A stretch of DNA of 64,000 bases from Squalus acanthias (taxonomy: Eukaryota). How positions within the stretch are numbered: position 1 is the first letter of the stretch; each line of letters starts with the position of its first letter. Below the pieces are notes generated by a model. That model was not told the origin of the DNA. It searched no databases and was given only the letters and a program-made list of their open reading frames with translations. Positions 37,781 through 49,756 of this stretch are shown here, piece after piece. Location of the stretch: the NCBI GenBank assembly GCA_030390025.1, contig CM059432.1:79486001-79550000 (forward strand), in the 5' to 3' direction. Both the position numbers and the translations under genes were made by a program.

Positions 37781-40700
37781 TGTGGCGGATCGCCACCTAA
37801 AACGGGCATAATCCACTCTTCCGTCTGTGGACAAATTTCCAGCCCCTCCCCTTTAAGGCACATTACCTTTAAGGCAGAAGGGGGCGGGGCCTCAGGTTTT
37901 ACCCAGAGAATTCTGGGGGTTTTCCAGAGAATTCTGGGAGCAGCTCTCGCAGCCATTTTGATATAGCATGCAGTGAATAAAAGTTTCTTGTTTTCCACAC
38001 ATGGATTCAGCCTCCATTCGTGTTTCGCGGCAGCCTCAACATTGGTGACCCCGACGCTCAGAACGTATTCCGAGCACTGCAATGGCGGACACGAACGCAG
38101 TTTCCGTGAAACTGCCGGAGTTTGGGGAAAACCGGCCCGAAGCCTGGTTTCTCCAAGCTGAATCTCGCTTCCGGCTGCGAAATATCACCACAGATGGGAC
38201 GAAGTACGACTATCTCGTCACATCACTCAGTAACGCCACAGTTTCCAAGGTTTGGACAACACTTCATCCCCACCACAGGCCCCCCAGTGTACGCCCACGC
38301 CCGCAGGCTGGACCCGGCCAAACTGGAGATCGCGCGGACCGAGTTTGCCACCATGGAACAGCTCGGCATCATCCGCCGCTCCAACAGTCCCTGGGCCTCC
38401 CCACTCCACATCGCCCCCAAACCAGGCGGAGGTTGGCGCCCCTGCGGGGATTACCGCCGCCTCAATGACGCCACCACCCCTGATCGGTACCCCGTGCCGC
38501 ACATTCAGGACTTCTCGGCTAGACTGGCCGGCCGCTCAGTCTTTTCCAAGGTCGACCTGGTGCGCGGCTACCACCAAGTCCCCGTCCACCCCGCGGACGT
38601 CCCCAAGACGGCCGTAATCACCCCCTTCGGCCTGTTCGAGTTCCTGCGGATGCCCTTCGGCCTCAAAAATGCAGCCCAGGCATTCCAACGGCTCATGGAC
38701 TCGGTCCTTCGGGACCTGAAGTTCCTGTTCGTCTACCTGGACGACATCCTGGTAGCCAGTTCCTCCAAGCAGGAACACCTCGAACACCTTCGCATCCTGT
38801 TCGGGCGCCTCAGCGACCACGGGCTCATCCTCAGCCCAGCCAAATGCCAGTTCGGCCTGGACAAGATCGACTTCCTCGGCCACCACATCACCCATGCTGG
38901 GGCCATTCCCCTGCCCACCAAGGTGCAGGCCGTCCAATAATTTCCCCGCCCCACCACCATCAAAGGCCTCCAGGAGTTCCTCAGGATGGTGAATTTCTAT
39001 AACCGCTTCATCCCCAAAGCGGCGTCTCTCATGAGGCCCCTGTATGAAGCCCTCCGGGGCAGGAGCGGCAAGATGGCGGTCGAATGGACGGCAGACGCGT
39101 CCGCCGCCTTCGATTCCACCAAGACCGCGCTCGCCAACGCCACCCTGCTCGCGCACCCACGGCCCAATGCCAGGGTAGCGCTCACCACGGACGCCTCCGA
39201 CCACGCGGTCGGCGCCGTGTATGAGCAGTGGGTCGACGGCGCCTGGCAACCACTTGCCTTCTTCAGCCGCCAACTACGCCCCCCGGAGGTCAAGTACAGC
39301 ACCTTCGACCGCGAGCTCCTCGCGCTGTTCCTGGCGGTCCGCCATTTCCGGTTTTTGCTTGAGGGCCACCCCTTCACTGCGTTTGTCGACCACAAGCCCC
39401 TGACATTCGCAATGGCAAAGACAACCGACCCCTGGTCCGCCAGGCAGCAGCGCCAGCTCGCGGCAGTGTCCGAGTTCACCACGGACATCCAACACGTCTC
39501 CGGCCGAGACAATGTGGTAGCCGACTGCCTCTCCCGCCCCGCCATCCACGCCGCACACCTAGCAGTCGACTACACTCAACTCGCAGCAGACCAGATCACC
39601 GACCCTGATCTGCTCTCCGCACCCACCAACCTACCAGGGCTACGCCTGGCCGACGTCGCCTGTGGCCCGACCGCAGTCACGGTCAAGTGCGACATATCCC
39701 TATGTCAACCTCGGCCCGTCGTCCCAGCGTCCTGGCGCCGCCGGGTATTCGACATTCTCCACAACCTCTCCCACCCCGGCGCCCGCGCATCCATCAAATT
39801 GGTAGCCAACCGCTTTGTCTGGCGCGGCCTTCGCAAGGATGTGCGTCTTGGGCCAACTCCTGCCTAGCCTGCCAACGGGCCAAGGTACAGCAACACACGA
39901 AAGCACCCCTCGAGGAGTTTACCGTCCCCTCGCGGAGATTCGACCACATCCATGTGGACATCGTCGGGCCCCTGCCGCCGTCGCAAGGCCACACGCACTT
40001 GCTGACCATCGTTGACCGCACCACACGCTGGCCTGAGGCAATTCCACTGACCTCTACCACCACCGCCGACATCGCCAGAGCCTTCGTCAGCACCTGGGTC
40101 GCACGGTTCAGCGTCCCCTCCGACATGACGTCGGACAGAGGTCCGCGATTTACCTCTGAACTCTGGACCGCCGTCGCACGCAATCTCGGGGTGACCATTC
40201 ACCGCACCACAGCGTACCACCCCCAAGCCAACGGACTGTGTGAGCGGTTCCACAGATCCTTGAAGGCATCTCTTCGAGCCAGCCTCCAAGACGGTGCCTG
40301 GACCGACCGACTTCCGTGGGTCCTCCTCGGCCTGCGCACCGCGGTTAAAGAAGACCTCCACGCATCGGCAGCAGAGCTCGTGTACGGTCAGCCGCTGCGC
40401 GTACCCGGCGAGTTCCTGCCCACCGCCACAACACCCTGGTCAGCCGACCAGCAACGCCACAACTTCGCCTCACCGGCGCTGCAGTTCGCCCCGATGCCCA
40501 TTGCCCGACACGGCGAATCCACCTCACACGTCCCACTAAGCCTGCACCAGGCACGGTTTGTTTTCGTCCGGCCCGACGCCCACCGCGGACCCCTTCAATC
40601 CCCGTACGACGGGCCCTACAAGGTGCTACAGGCTGGGGACAAATTTTTCACCCTGCAAGTGGGCGACAGGACCGAAAAAGTGTCGGTGGACCGACTCAAG

Positions 40701-41164
40701 CCAGCACACTTGGAGCCCGGGGAGCAGGTCCCTGTAGCTCGTCCACCTCCACGCGGCCGACCTGCCCTCAAGCCGGTTCACCCGGCTGCTCCACGCCCGG
40801 CCGTTCCACGTCCACCGGCGTCCTACAAGAGCCGCTCCGGCTGGCCCACCAGACCGCCGCACCGTCTCGTCCACACCTCCTGAGCGGATTCTGGGGGGAG
40901 CTGTGTGGCGGATCGCCACCTAAAACGGGCATAATCCACTCTTCCGTCTGTGGACAAATTTCCAGTCCCTCCCCTTTAAGGCACATTACCTTTAAGGCAG
41001 AAGGAGGCGGGGCCTCAGGTTTTACCCAGAGAATTCTGGGGGTTTTCCAGAGAATTCTGGGAGCAGCTCTCGCAGCCATTTTGATATAGCATGCAGTGAA
41101 TAAAAGTTTCTTGTTTTCCACACATGGATTCAGCCTCCATTCGTGTTTCGCAGCAGCCTCAACA
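37781..41164 (+). mobile_element. Ty3/Gypsy LTR retrotransposon (CsRn1-clade-like), internally deleted
   Basis: 261-bp LTRs at 37781-38041 and 40904-41164 (TG..CA, 3 substitutions by eye). ATAT TSD. PBS TGGTGACCCCGACG (tRNA-Trp). PPT at about 40893-40900. Confidence 0.97.
38082..40883 (+). pseudogene. Gypsy gag-pol remnant: gag N-terminus fused out of frame to RT, RNase H and integrase
   Basis: Gag start AVSVKLPEF..PEAWFLQAE, RT YLDD, RNase H TDAS..DRELLA, integrase HVDIVGP..SDRG..ANGLCERFH and GPY module. Stop at 38938-38940 and a frameshift near 39848. No protease. Confidence 0.93.
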
Positions 41165-41222
41165 ATATTGATTTAAATTTCATATTACTCTAACAATAAC
41201 AAATCAGAATTTAAGAACCTTG

Positions 41223-42628
41223 GGCCTAGAAATTGGATTTAGCCAAGAAATGGGCAGGGTTAAGACTAAATGAGGTTAAGCTGTGCCACCTGAAAATCGT
41301 CTAGGTAGCATGCAAAATTCGTGCTCACTCTTCATTAACATGATTATAGCCATGATTCTAGCGCTAAAATTGATGCTCATTGGCTTTACACTCAACAGGA
41401 GGGTGCCCGCCAGCATGCTCGAGGCCTTCCGCGACAGGTTGCTACCACAGGGACTGGAGTGCATCAGCAATCCCGGCAACCAAATTTTAATTAAATTTGT
41501 TAAGTTTAATTGAATGTATTTTTGTTAAGTTACAGTTTATTTGTTTATCGTGTGCATCAAAAGAGTACACTCAACAGGGGGACCAATATCGGGGCCAGTC
41601 TAATTCATTCATGATTGCTACAGGCTTTTTCCACTACTTAAAGGGGAGGTGCATTAATGCTGCAGCACCTCATTGTCAGGATGTTCAGCTGCCCCAATAG
41701 CAAAGTAAAGAAGGCTCACAAAAAGAAACTGAAGTTACAAGTGCTCATGACAGAACCTAGGTGGAAGGAGAGAGCTCCTAGGTTCTCCGATGAAGCTCTG
41801 CAGACACTGGTATTGCGGTGGAGAGGAGGCGGGCAGTACTATACCCGTAGACTGGCAGGAGGCCCTCCCAGCACACATACTGGACCATGTGGCGTGAGGT
41901 GGCGGACCACGTCACGGCCAGCACTGAGGTCCTCAGGATTCACACCCAGTGCAGGAAGAAGTTTAACAACCTCACATGGGTGGTCAAGGTGAGTGAAGGC
42001 TTCAGCAAATGCCATATGCCACCATCTGCACCACAAACCTCACACTGCTCAATGCACCAAACCCTCAGCACCCTCAAACCAAACAATCTCTACTTATCAA
42101 CACTCACACCCACATCTCACACCTTGCACACAATGGCAGCTATTCAACTATGGCAGGCACATCACCCAAACACATTGCGCTAAACTCACTCACACACTTC
42201 TCTTTCTCTTATAGGGCAAACGCGCACATAAGCGGAGGGAGCAGGAGCAAACAGGCAGGGGCCAAGTGGCCCTTCAACACCTCAGCCAGCTTGAGGAGAG
42301 CGTACTAGAAATCATTGGGCACCACGTGGGGAGTAGCCTGTCCCCGAGGGCACCGCTGAGAGCGAGGGGAAAGAAGAAGACACCGTGTCACGGCATCTCT
42401 CACTGGCAGACAACAGCTCAGAAACTGGCACTGTGCGTACTTCAGGGGCTAATGTAGAAGCGGGATCTGCACTGGGTGATGCACCGGGCAAGAGTGGGCT
42501 GCAGGAAGGCATGGGGGCAAGGGTAGCTCGGGGGGAGGCCAGCTCCCCAGAGGGAGAGTTCGCACGTGTGTTCTGCCGCACAGGACCCAGAGGAGGACTT
42601 TGATGTGGAGGCCTTCAGAAGAAGCATT
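41223..42628 (+). mobile_element. Truncated Harbinger element (Myb-gene end)
   Basis: TIR GGCCTAGAAATT. Encodes KERAPRFSDEALQTLV..WREVA..QCRKKFNNL with donor GTCAAG|gtgagt. Confidence 0.85.
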
Positions 42629-44098
42629 CATTAACCCTAATCTTTTGTTTCCTATTTGCCAACCAACTTTCTATCCATGCAACTACATTTCTTCTTACAC
42701 CATACACCTAAATTTTTGTAAGAAGCGAAACACCTTATAAAATGCTTTCTGAAACTCGATATACACAACATCTGCTGCATTTCCTTTAACCATGCAACAG
42801 GTTACTTATTCAAAAATATTACTTTTGTCAAACATAACTTGACTTAAAGCTGTTCTGGGTGCTCTTGATTATCCTATGCATTTCTAATTGCTCACTGATT
42901 TAATCTTGAGATAACAAATCAAAAATGAGGAAAGTGGGTCAGGGCATAGGAAAGCAATGAATCAAGGATGAGCAGTCAACAAAATCTACCAATAAAAGAA
43001 AGATGAAATTGCTCCAAATAATTTTTGGAAATCCTTCCAGTTACCATCTTGGTTTCTTTACTAAGCTGAGGCCTTAAGGTTTGTAATATAAGAAATGACA
43101 ACATTTACAAGAAAACAATTAAACTATGCAAATATTTGTTGCGATTTAAATGTGCCTACCAGCATTTTCCATGGGAGGTCTACTATCCCTCTGATAAGCC
43201 TAGGGCTTGAGTTAATTGACCTTCCCAGAGTAATCTCTAAAGACACTCAACAAAATAGCAGTCGATAATTTCCAGCTTGCATCTGTGCTTACAACTAACA
43301 GAAATGTTTTATGATTGGCATCAAGACGGGCCTCTCACAGATTGTGCCACGATTTGCTGTTTGTAACACATCCTCTCCACTCCAATGGAAAATGACTGAT
43401 GACAACTCCCCCCACCCCCTCCCCCTGCCAAAGGAAACAATGCTAATGAGAAGTTGCTAGCATATTTTTTGTATATCTCAAGGGAAGATAAAACATAAAC
43501 TCAACCTTTCCTGGAAAAAGGCTGTTTATTTAGTAAATACATGTATGCAATATCAAATGAAACCTTCCACTTGGAAATATGACACTGTTTAATTGTTATA
43601 TTTGTACTGTATTTTAAATAGTTACATCAGCTGCATTGCTTTTACTTATGTTTATCTCAGCATTTTTTTTAAAAAGTGGAAATCTGAAAAGGACTATTCA
43701 ATTATTCAAGTTTGGAGGGAGTTTCTGAATAAAGTTCCTGAATGTAAACATTTTTCTTGGAGCAGAATCGTTTAGTAACATTTTGGCCTAGAAATGGGAG
43801 AAGGCCCGAAAACAGGTGCAGGCATCGCACAGCACTAGGTGCCTGTGCCCGTTCAAAGTCGTGCACGCACCACACAAAATTCGTGCTGCCTGCTCTTATA
43901 ATGATTGCATTGCTGATCTCTGTGCTAAATGCATTGCTGATTGGCTTAGCACTGAACAGGGGGCTGCAGGGAGCCAATATCAGGTGCAATCTACTGGCCA
44001 ATAAAGTTTGGCCTAGACTCTCTGCACTACTTAAAGGGGAGATGCTTTGTTGCAGAAGCACCTCATTGTCATTGTGAACAGAGCCATGGCCTAACAAC

Positions 44099-44163
44099 CA
44101 AGGGCAAGGGCAAGGGCAAGGGCAAGGGCAAGGGCAAGGGCAAGGGCAAGGGCAAGGGCAAGG
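44099..44163. repeat. (CAAGGG)10.8 perfect hexanucleotide microsatellite
   Basis: Read directly from the sequence. Confidence 0.98.
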
Positions 44164-45296
44164 AGATTTTCTGATGCGGCACTGGAGGCCTTTGTCCTGG
44201 GGATACAAAGATGTTGTGAGGTCCTCTATCTGCAGGGGGTCAGGATGCCTTCAAGGTTGAACACCAGAAGGCTGTGGGAGGAGATCACTCAAGCCGTCAC
44301 TGCGATGAGTATTGTCTCCAGGACCTGGATCCAGTGCTGTAAAAAGTTTAATGACCTCACACGAGTGGTCAAGGTGAGTGAATGCATCATCAAATGCCAT
44401 ATCCCACCATCTGCACCATAAGTTTCACACACTGCTCAATGCACCACACCCCCATCACTCACCTACCAACAATCTCTAGCAATCACCACTCATCACTCAT
44501 ACCTCACAATTATAGCAACACCCACATCTCACACCTTGCACGTGCTGTTAGCTATTCAACCATAGCAGGCACATTTCCCAAACACATTGCACCACACTCA
44601 CTAACGCACTTCCCTTTCTCTTGCAGGCAAAGGTGGCGCACAACCGCCGGGAGCACCAGCAGGTGGGTGGACAAGAAGCCAGACTTCAGAACCTCATGGA
44701 GCTGGAGGAAGCAGTCCTCAACATAATTGGAGAGGTAGTCACAGGGTCTGTGGCGAGCAGGGAAGTTGAATGCATTGCTGATGATGATGGTTTGCTCATA
44801 CCTAAACCTTTATCTCACATCCCACTTCCTGCTCATCCCACAATCTCTTCTCACTTACAAGCTGCTGATGGTGTATGCCTGGATATCTTGCTTTACCCCC
44901 TCCCCTCACCAGAACCCAACCCTTGTGAATTTCTCCTTTCAGATACCCAAGAACTGCCAGCAGCCAGCCTGTCCCTGAAGTGATGGAGGAGGACAGTGAT
45001 AGAGGAGAAGACGACACATTGGTACTGCATCTAACACTCATAGACACAAGCTCAGAAAATGGCACTGCGCGTACTTTAGTATAGAGGCAAGATTTGCACG
45101 TGGTGAGTCACCGGGCACGAGTGGGCTGCAGCCAGGCCAGGGGGAAAAGGTAGCTCCCCGGAGGGTGAGTTCGTGCAGAAGACTCAGATGATGACCTCGA
45201 TGAAGCAACCTTCAGAAGGGGGGGATGGGCATGCACACAGAAATGGTGGTGCAACGGCAAACCTGCCAGAGAGCCTCTCATCAGTGTCCAGGCGCA

Positions 45297-46793
45297 TAGA
45301 ATCATAGAAATTTACAGCACAAAAGGAGGCCATTCGGCCCATCGTGTCTGTGACGGCCAAAAACGAGCTATCCAGCCTAATCCCACTTTCCCGCTCTTGG
45401 TCCATAGCCCTGTAGGTTACGGCACTTCAAGTGCATATCCAAGTACTTTTTAAATGTGATGAGGGTTTCTGCCTCTACCACCCTTTCAGGCAGTGCGTTA
45501 CAGACCTCCACCATCCTCTGGGTGAAAAAATTTCTCCTCAACTCCCCTTTAATCCTTCTACCAATTACTTTAAATCTATGCCCCTGGTTATTGACCTCTC
45601 TGCTAAGGGAAGTAGGTCCTTCCAATCCGCTCTATCTAGGCCCACCATAATTTTATACAACCCAAATAAGTCTCACTCAGCCTCCTCTGTTCCGAAGAAA
45701 ACAACCCCAGTCTATCCAATCTTCCTCATAGCTAAATCTCCTCTGTACCCTCTCTAATGCAATCACAGCTTTCCTGTAATATGGTGACCAGAACTGTATG
45801 CAGTGCTCTAGCTGTGGCCTAACTAGTGTTTTATACAGTTCAAGCATAACCTCCCTGCTCTTATAGAATCATAGAATGGTTACATCATAGAAAGAGGCCG
45901 TTCGGCCCATTGAGCCCGTGCCGGCTCTCTGCAAGAGCACTTCAGCTAGTCCCACTACCCCGCCCTTTCCCCGTAGCCCTGCAAATTATTTTCCTTCAGG
46001 TACTTATCCAATTCCCTTTAGAAAGCCACGATTGAATCTGCCTCCACTACCCTTTCAGGCAGTGCATTCCAGATCCTAACCACTCACTGCGTAAAAAAGT
46101 TATTCCTCATGTCGCCTTTGGTTCTTCTGCCAATCACCTTAAATCTGTGTCCTCTGGTTCGCGACCCTTCCACCAATGGGAACAGTTTCTCTCTATCTAC
46201 TCCACTCATGATTTTGAACACCTCTATCAAATCTCCTCTCATCTTCTTTGCTCTAAGAAGAACAACCCCAGCTTCTCCAGTCTATCCACGTAACTGAAGT
46301 CCCTCATCCCTGGAACCATTCTTGTAAATCTTTTCTGTACCCTCTCCAAAGTCCATTGGTATCTTCCTGAAGTCTACAGCTTTCTTCCTCACTATCAACC
46401 ACACGGCCAATTTTTGTATCATCTGCAAATCTCTTAATCATGCCCCCTACATTGAAGTCTAAATCATTGATATGTACCACAAAAAGCAATGGACCTAGTA
46501 CTGAGCCCTGCGGAACCCCACTGGAAACAAACACCCGTCAACCATTACCCTTTGCTTCCTGCCACTGAGCCAATTTTGGATCCAACTTGCCACTTTTCCT
46601 TGGATGCCATGGGCTTTTACTTTTCTGACCAGTCTGTCATGTGGGACCTTGTCAAAAGCCTTGCTAAAATCCATGCAGACTACATCAAACGCACTACCCT
46701 TATCAACCCCCCTTGTTACCTCCTCAAAAAATTCAATCAAGTTAATCAGACACGACCTTTCTTTAACAAATCCATGCCGACTGTCTTTGATTA
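45297..46793 (-). mobile_element. Nested CR1 fragments with (ATTCTATG)n tails
   Basis: Two 3' tails (starting near 45297 and 45862) plus RT remnants DFSKAFDKVPH, GVPQGSVLGP and FADD. Confidence 0.88.
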
Positions 46794-47075
46794 AGCATGG
46801 GGGAGTTCGGCTCCAACATTGCACGGGGCTTTGCGCGGAGCTTGGAGGCCATGATTTCCATAATGGAAATGATGGGCAACTCCATGACCTTGTGGACCCA
46901 GCCATGATACTGCACGTGATGGCTGATGTCGCAGCTTCCATTGCAGTACAGGCGGAAGCGACACAATGTCTCAGTGCTGCAATGGAAGCTCAGACTGCTG
47001 CCATCGTGGCTGGGTTTACAAGTGTAGAAAGGAGCATGCAGGGTCTCACAGCACTCCAGCAATCTCTCCCCCAAC

Positions 47076-47191
47076 ATCGACCAAAAACGTTAACTCTGTT
47101 TCTCTCTCCACAGATGCTGCCTGACCTGCTGAATATTTCCAGCATTTTCTGTTTTTATTTCAGATTTCCAGCATCATCAGTATTTTGCTTT
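47076..47191 (+). mobile_element. Penelope-like terminal repeat fragment
   Basis: Homologous to 3861-3980; begins inside stem II of the hammerhead motif. Confidence 0.8.
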
Positions 47192-47362
47192 GGTCCTATA
47201 AACTGTTAGTTTGATTAAGCTGGAATGGGTTAATAAATGCACGTGAAGGAGTTAATTTTAATAAGTAGTTTAAAGTGACTAAACACCTCAAAGTCAATCT
47301 GATGGAATATTCACTACTTACCTGGATGGATGCAGTTGCAACAACACTCAAGAAGCTCGACA

Positions 47363-48607
47363 CAACAACAACGTGTATTTATATAGCACCTTTAACATAG
47401 TAAAACGTCCCAAGGTGCTTCACAGGAGTATTAAAAGACAAAAAATTTGACACCGAGCCACATAAGGAGAAATTAGGGCAGGTGCCCAAAAGCTTGGTCA
47501 AAGAGGTAGGTTTTAAGAAGTGTCTTAAAGGAGGAAAGAGAGGTAGCGAGGCGGAGAGGTTTAGGCAGGGAATTCCAGAGCTTAGGGCCTAGGCAACAGA
47601 AGGCATGGCCACCAATGGTTGAGCGATTATTATCAGGGATGCTCAAGAGGCTAGAATTAGAGGAGCGCAGATATCTCTGGGGTTGTGGGGCTGAAGGAGA
47701 TTACAAAGATAGGGAGAGGCGAGGCCATGGAGGGATTTGAAAACAAGGATGAGAATTTTGAAATCGAGGCGTTGCTTAACCGGGAGCCAATGTAGGTCAG
47801 CGAGCACAAGGGTGATGGGTGAACGGGACTTGGTGCGAGTTAGGACATGGGCAGCCGAGTTTTGGATGACCTCAAGTTTACGTAGGGTAGAACGTGGGAG
47901 GCCAGCCAGGAGTGCGTTGGAATAGCTAATTCTAGAGGTAACAAGGGCATGGATGAGGGTTTCAGCAGCAGATGAGCTGAGGCAAGGGCAGAGACGGAGG
48001 TGGAAATAGATGTTCTTAGTTATGCTGCGGATATGTGGTTGGAAGCTCATTTCAGGGTCAAATATGACACCAAGGTTGCGAACAGTGTGGTTCAGCCTCA
48101 GACAGGTGTTTGGGAGAGGGATGGAGTCGGTGGCTAGGGAACGGAGTTTGTGGTGGGGACCGAAAACAATGGCTTCAGTCTTCCCAGACACTTGGAGAAA
48201 ATTTCTGCTCATCCAGAACTGGATGTCGGATAAGCAGTCTGACAATTTAGAGACCATGGAGGGGTTGAGAGAAGTGGTAGTAAGGTAGAGCTGGGTGTAG
48301 TCAGCGTACATGTGGAAACTGACGCTGTGTTTTCGGATGATGTCACCAAGCAGCAACATGTAGATGAGAAATAGGAGGGGGCCAAGGATAGATCCTTGGG
48401 GGACACCAGAGGTAATGATGCGGGAGCGGGAAGAGAAGCCGTTGCAGGTGATTCTCTGGCTATGATTAGATAGATAAGAATGGAACCAGGCGAGTGCAGT
48501 CCCACCCAGCTGGACGACGGTGGAGAGGTGTTGGAGAAGGATGGAGTGGTCAACCGTGTCAAAGGCTGCAGACAAGTCAAGAAGGACGAGGAGGGATTGT
48601 TTACCTT
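47363..48607 (-). mobile_element. L2 LINE 3' half inserted into a Zenon-like fragment
   Basis: ORF 47643-48635 contains LLDLSAAFDTVDH, GVPQGSILGP and YADY, and ends in a (TTG)n tail. Zenon-like sequence KKLD|T..QDKA continues across the insertion (47283-47362 and 48608-48930). Confidence 0.92.
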
Positions 48608-49756
48608 TGACAACACCCAGGACAAAGCAATCCACTTAATCGGCAGCCCATCCACCACCACCTTAAACATCTATCCCTCCACCACCGGCGACCATGGCTG
48701 CAGTGTGCACTATCTACAGGATACACTGCAAGGTTTCTTAGACTGCACCTCCAAAACCCACAACCCCCACAACCTAGAAGGACAAGGGCAGCAGGTGCAT
48801 AGGAACAGCATCACCGCCAAGTTCCTCTCCAAGTCACACACCATTCCAACTTGGACATATATCACCCTACCTTCATCGTCGCTGGGTCAAAATCCTGGAA
48901 CACCCTACCTAACAACACTGTGGGAGTACCTTGTGTCTTGTAGGTGGTAGAGAGGCTTTGGAGAGTCAGGAGGTGAGCCACCAACTGCAGAATACCCAGC
49001 CTATGAACAGTTCTCGTAGCCGCAGCATTTATGTGGCTGGTCCATTTGAGTTTCAGGACAATGACGACCCCCAGTATTTTGATAATAGGGGATTATACGA
49101 TAGTAATGCCATTGAAGGTCAAGGGGAGGTGGTTAGACTCTCTTGTTGGAGATGGTCATTGCCTGCCACTTGTGTGGCGTGACTGTTACTTGCCACTTAA
49201 CTGCCCAAGCCTGGATCTTGCTGCATGCGGGCATGGACTGCTTCAGATTGATTCACCTTCTCTTTTATTGTTATGTTCTCCTGACTGGTCATTCAAGATT
49301 GATTATTTTCATAAATCCTTAGTAGTTTTCTACCTACTTTCCTCACTTTTGATTTGTATATTCCCTGATTTGCTGCTATTTACTTTGAGACATTCAACTT
49401 GGCATGATGGTGACAGAAAAAAATGACCATTACAGGAAGTAAATGTTCACAAGATTGTAAAATAATTACAGATGGAGAAAGTCATTCCAGAATAACCTTA
49501 GAAGTCCCCCCCCAATGCGGTATCCATTTGGTTCCTAAATTATTGCCGAGATTTCACCTCCACTACACTAGCCAACTCCATTCCATGCATTGATCACTCT
49601 TTGCATGACAAACTTCCCGATAGTTGTAAATTTACCTTTTACTAATTTGAACCTGTGGCCCCCTACTCTTGAAATTTAAAGTAATTTTCAGGATTTACTT
49701 TTCCATACCCTTTACGATCTTGTATACATTTATAAAGTCTTTCAAGCCTCCTTTCA

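Larger units (their letters stand above)
43785..47072 (+). mobile_element. Truncated Harbinger element (Myb-gene end) split by CR1 insertions
   Basis: TIR GGCCTAGAAAT. Encodes RFSDAALEA..RTWIQCCKKFNDL with the same two introns as 6572-9014. The last exon resumes at about 46794 after the CR1 block. Confidence 0.85.

Noticed and set aside
38536..40361. Long minus-strand ORFs in the Gypsy element
   Set aside because: Shadow frames expected from GC-rich pol sequence; no recognisable motifs.
43702..44208. 168-aa ORF with a (PC)n tract resembling a metal-binding protein
   Set aside because: It is the antisense translation of the (CAAGGG)n microsatellite in a Harbinger remnant.
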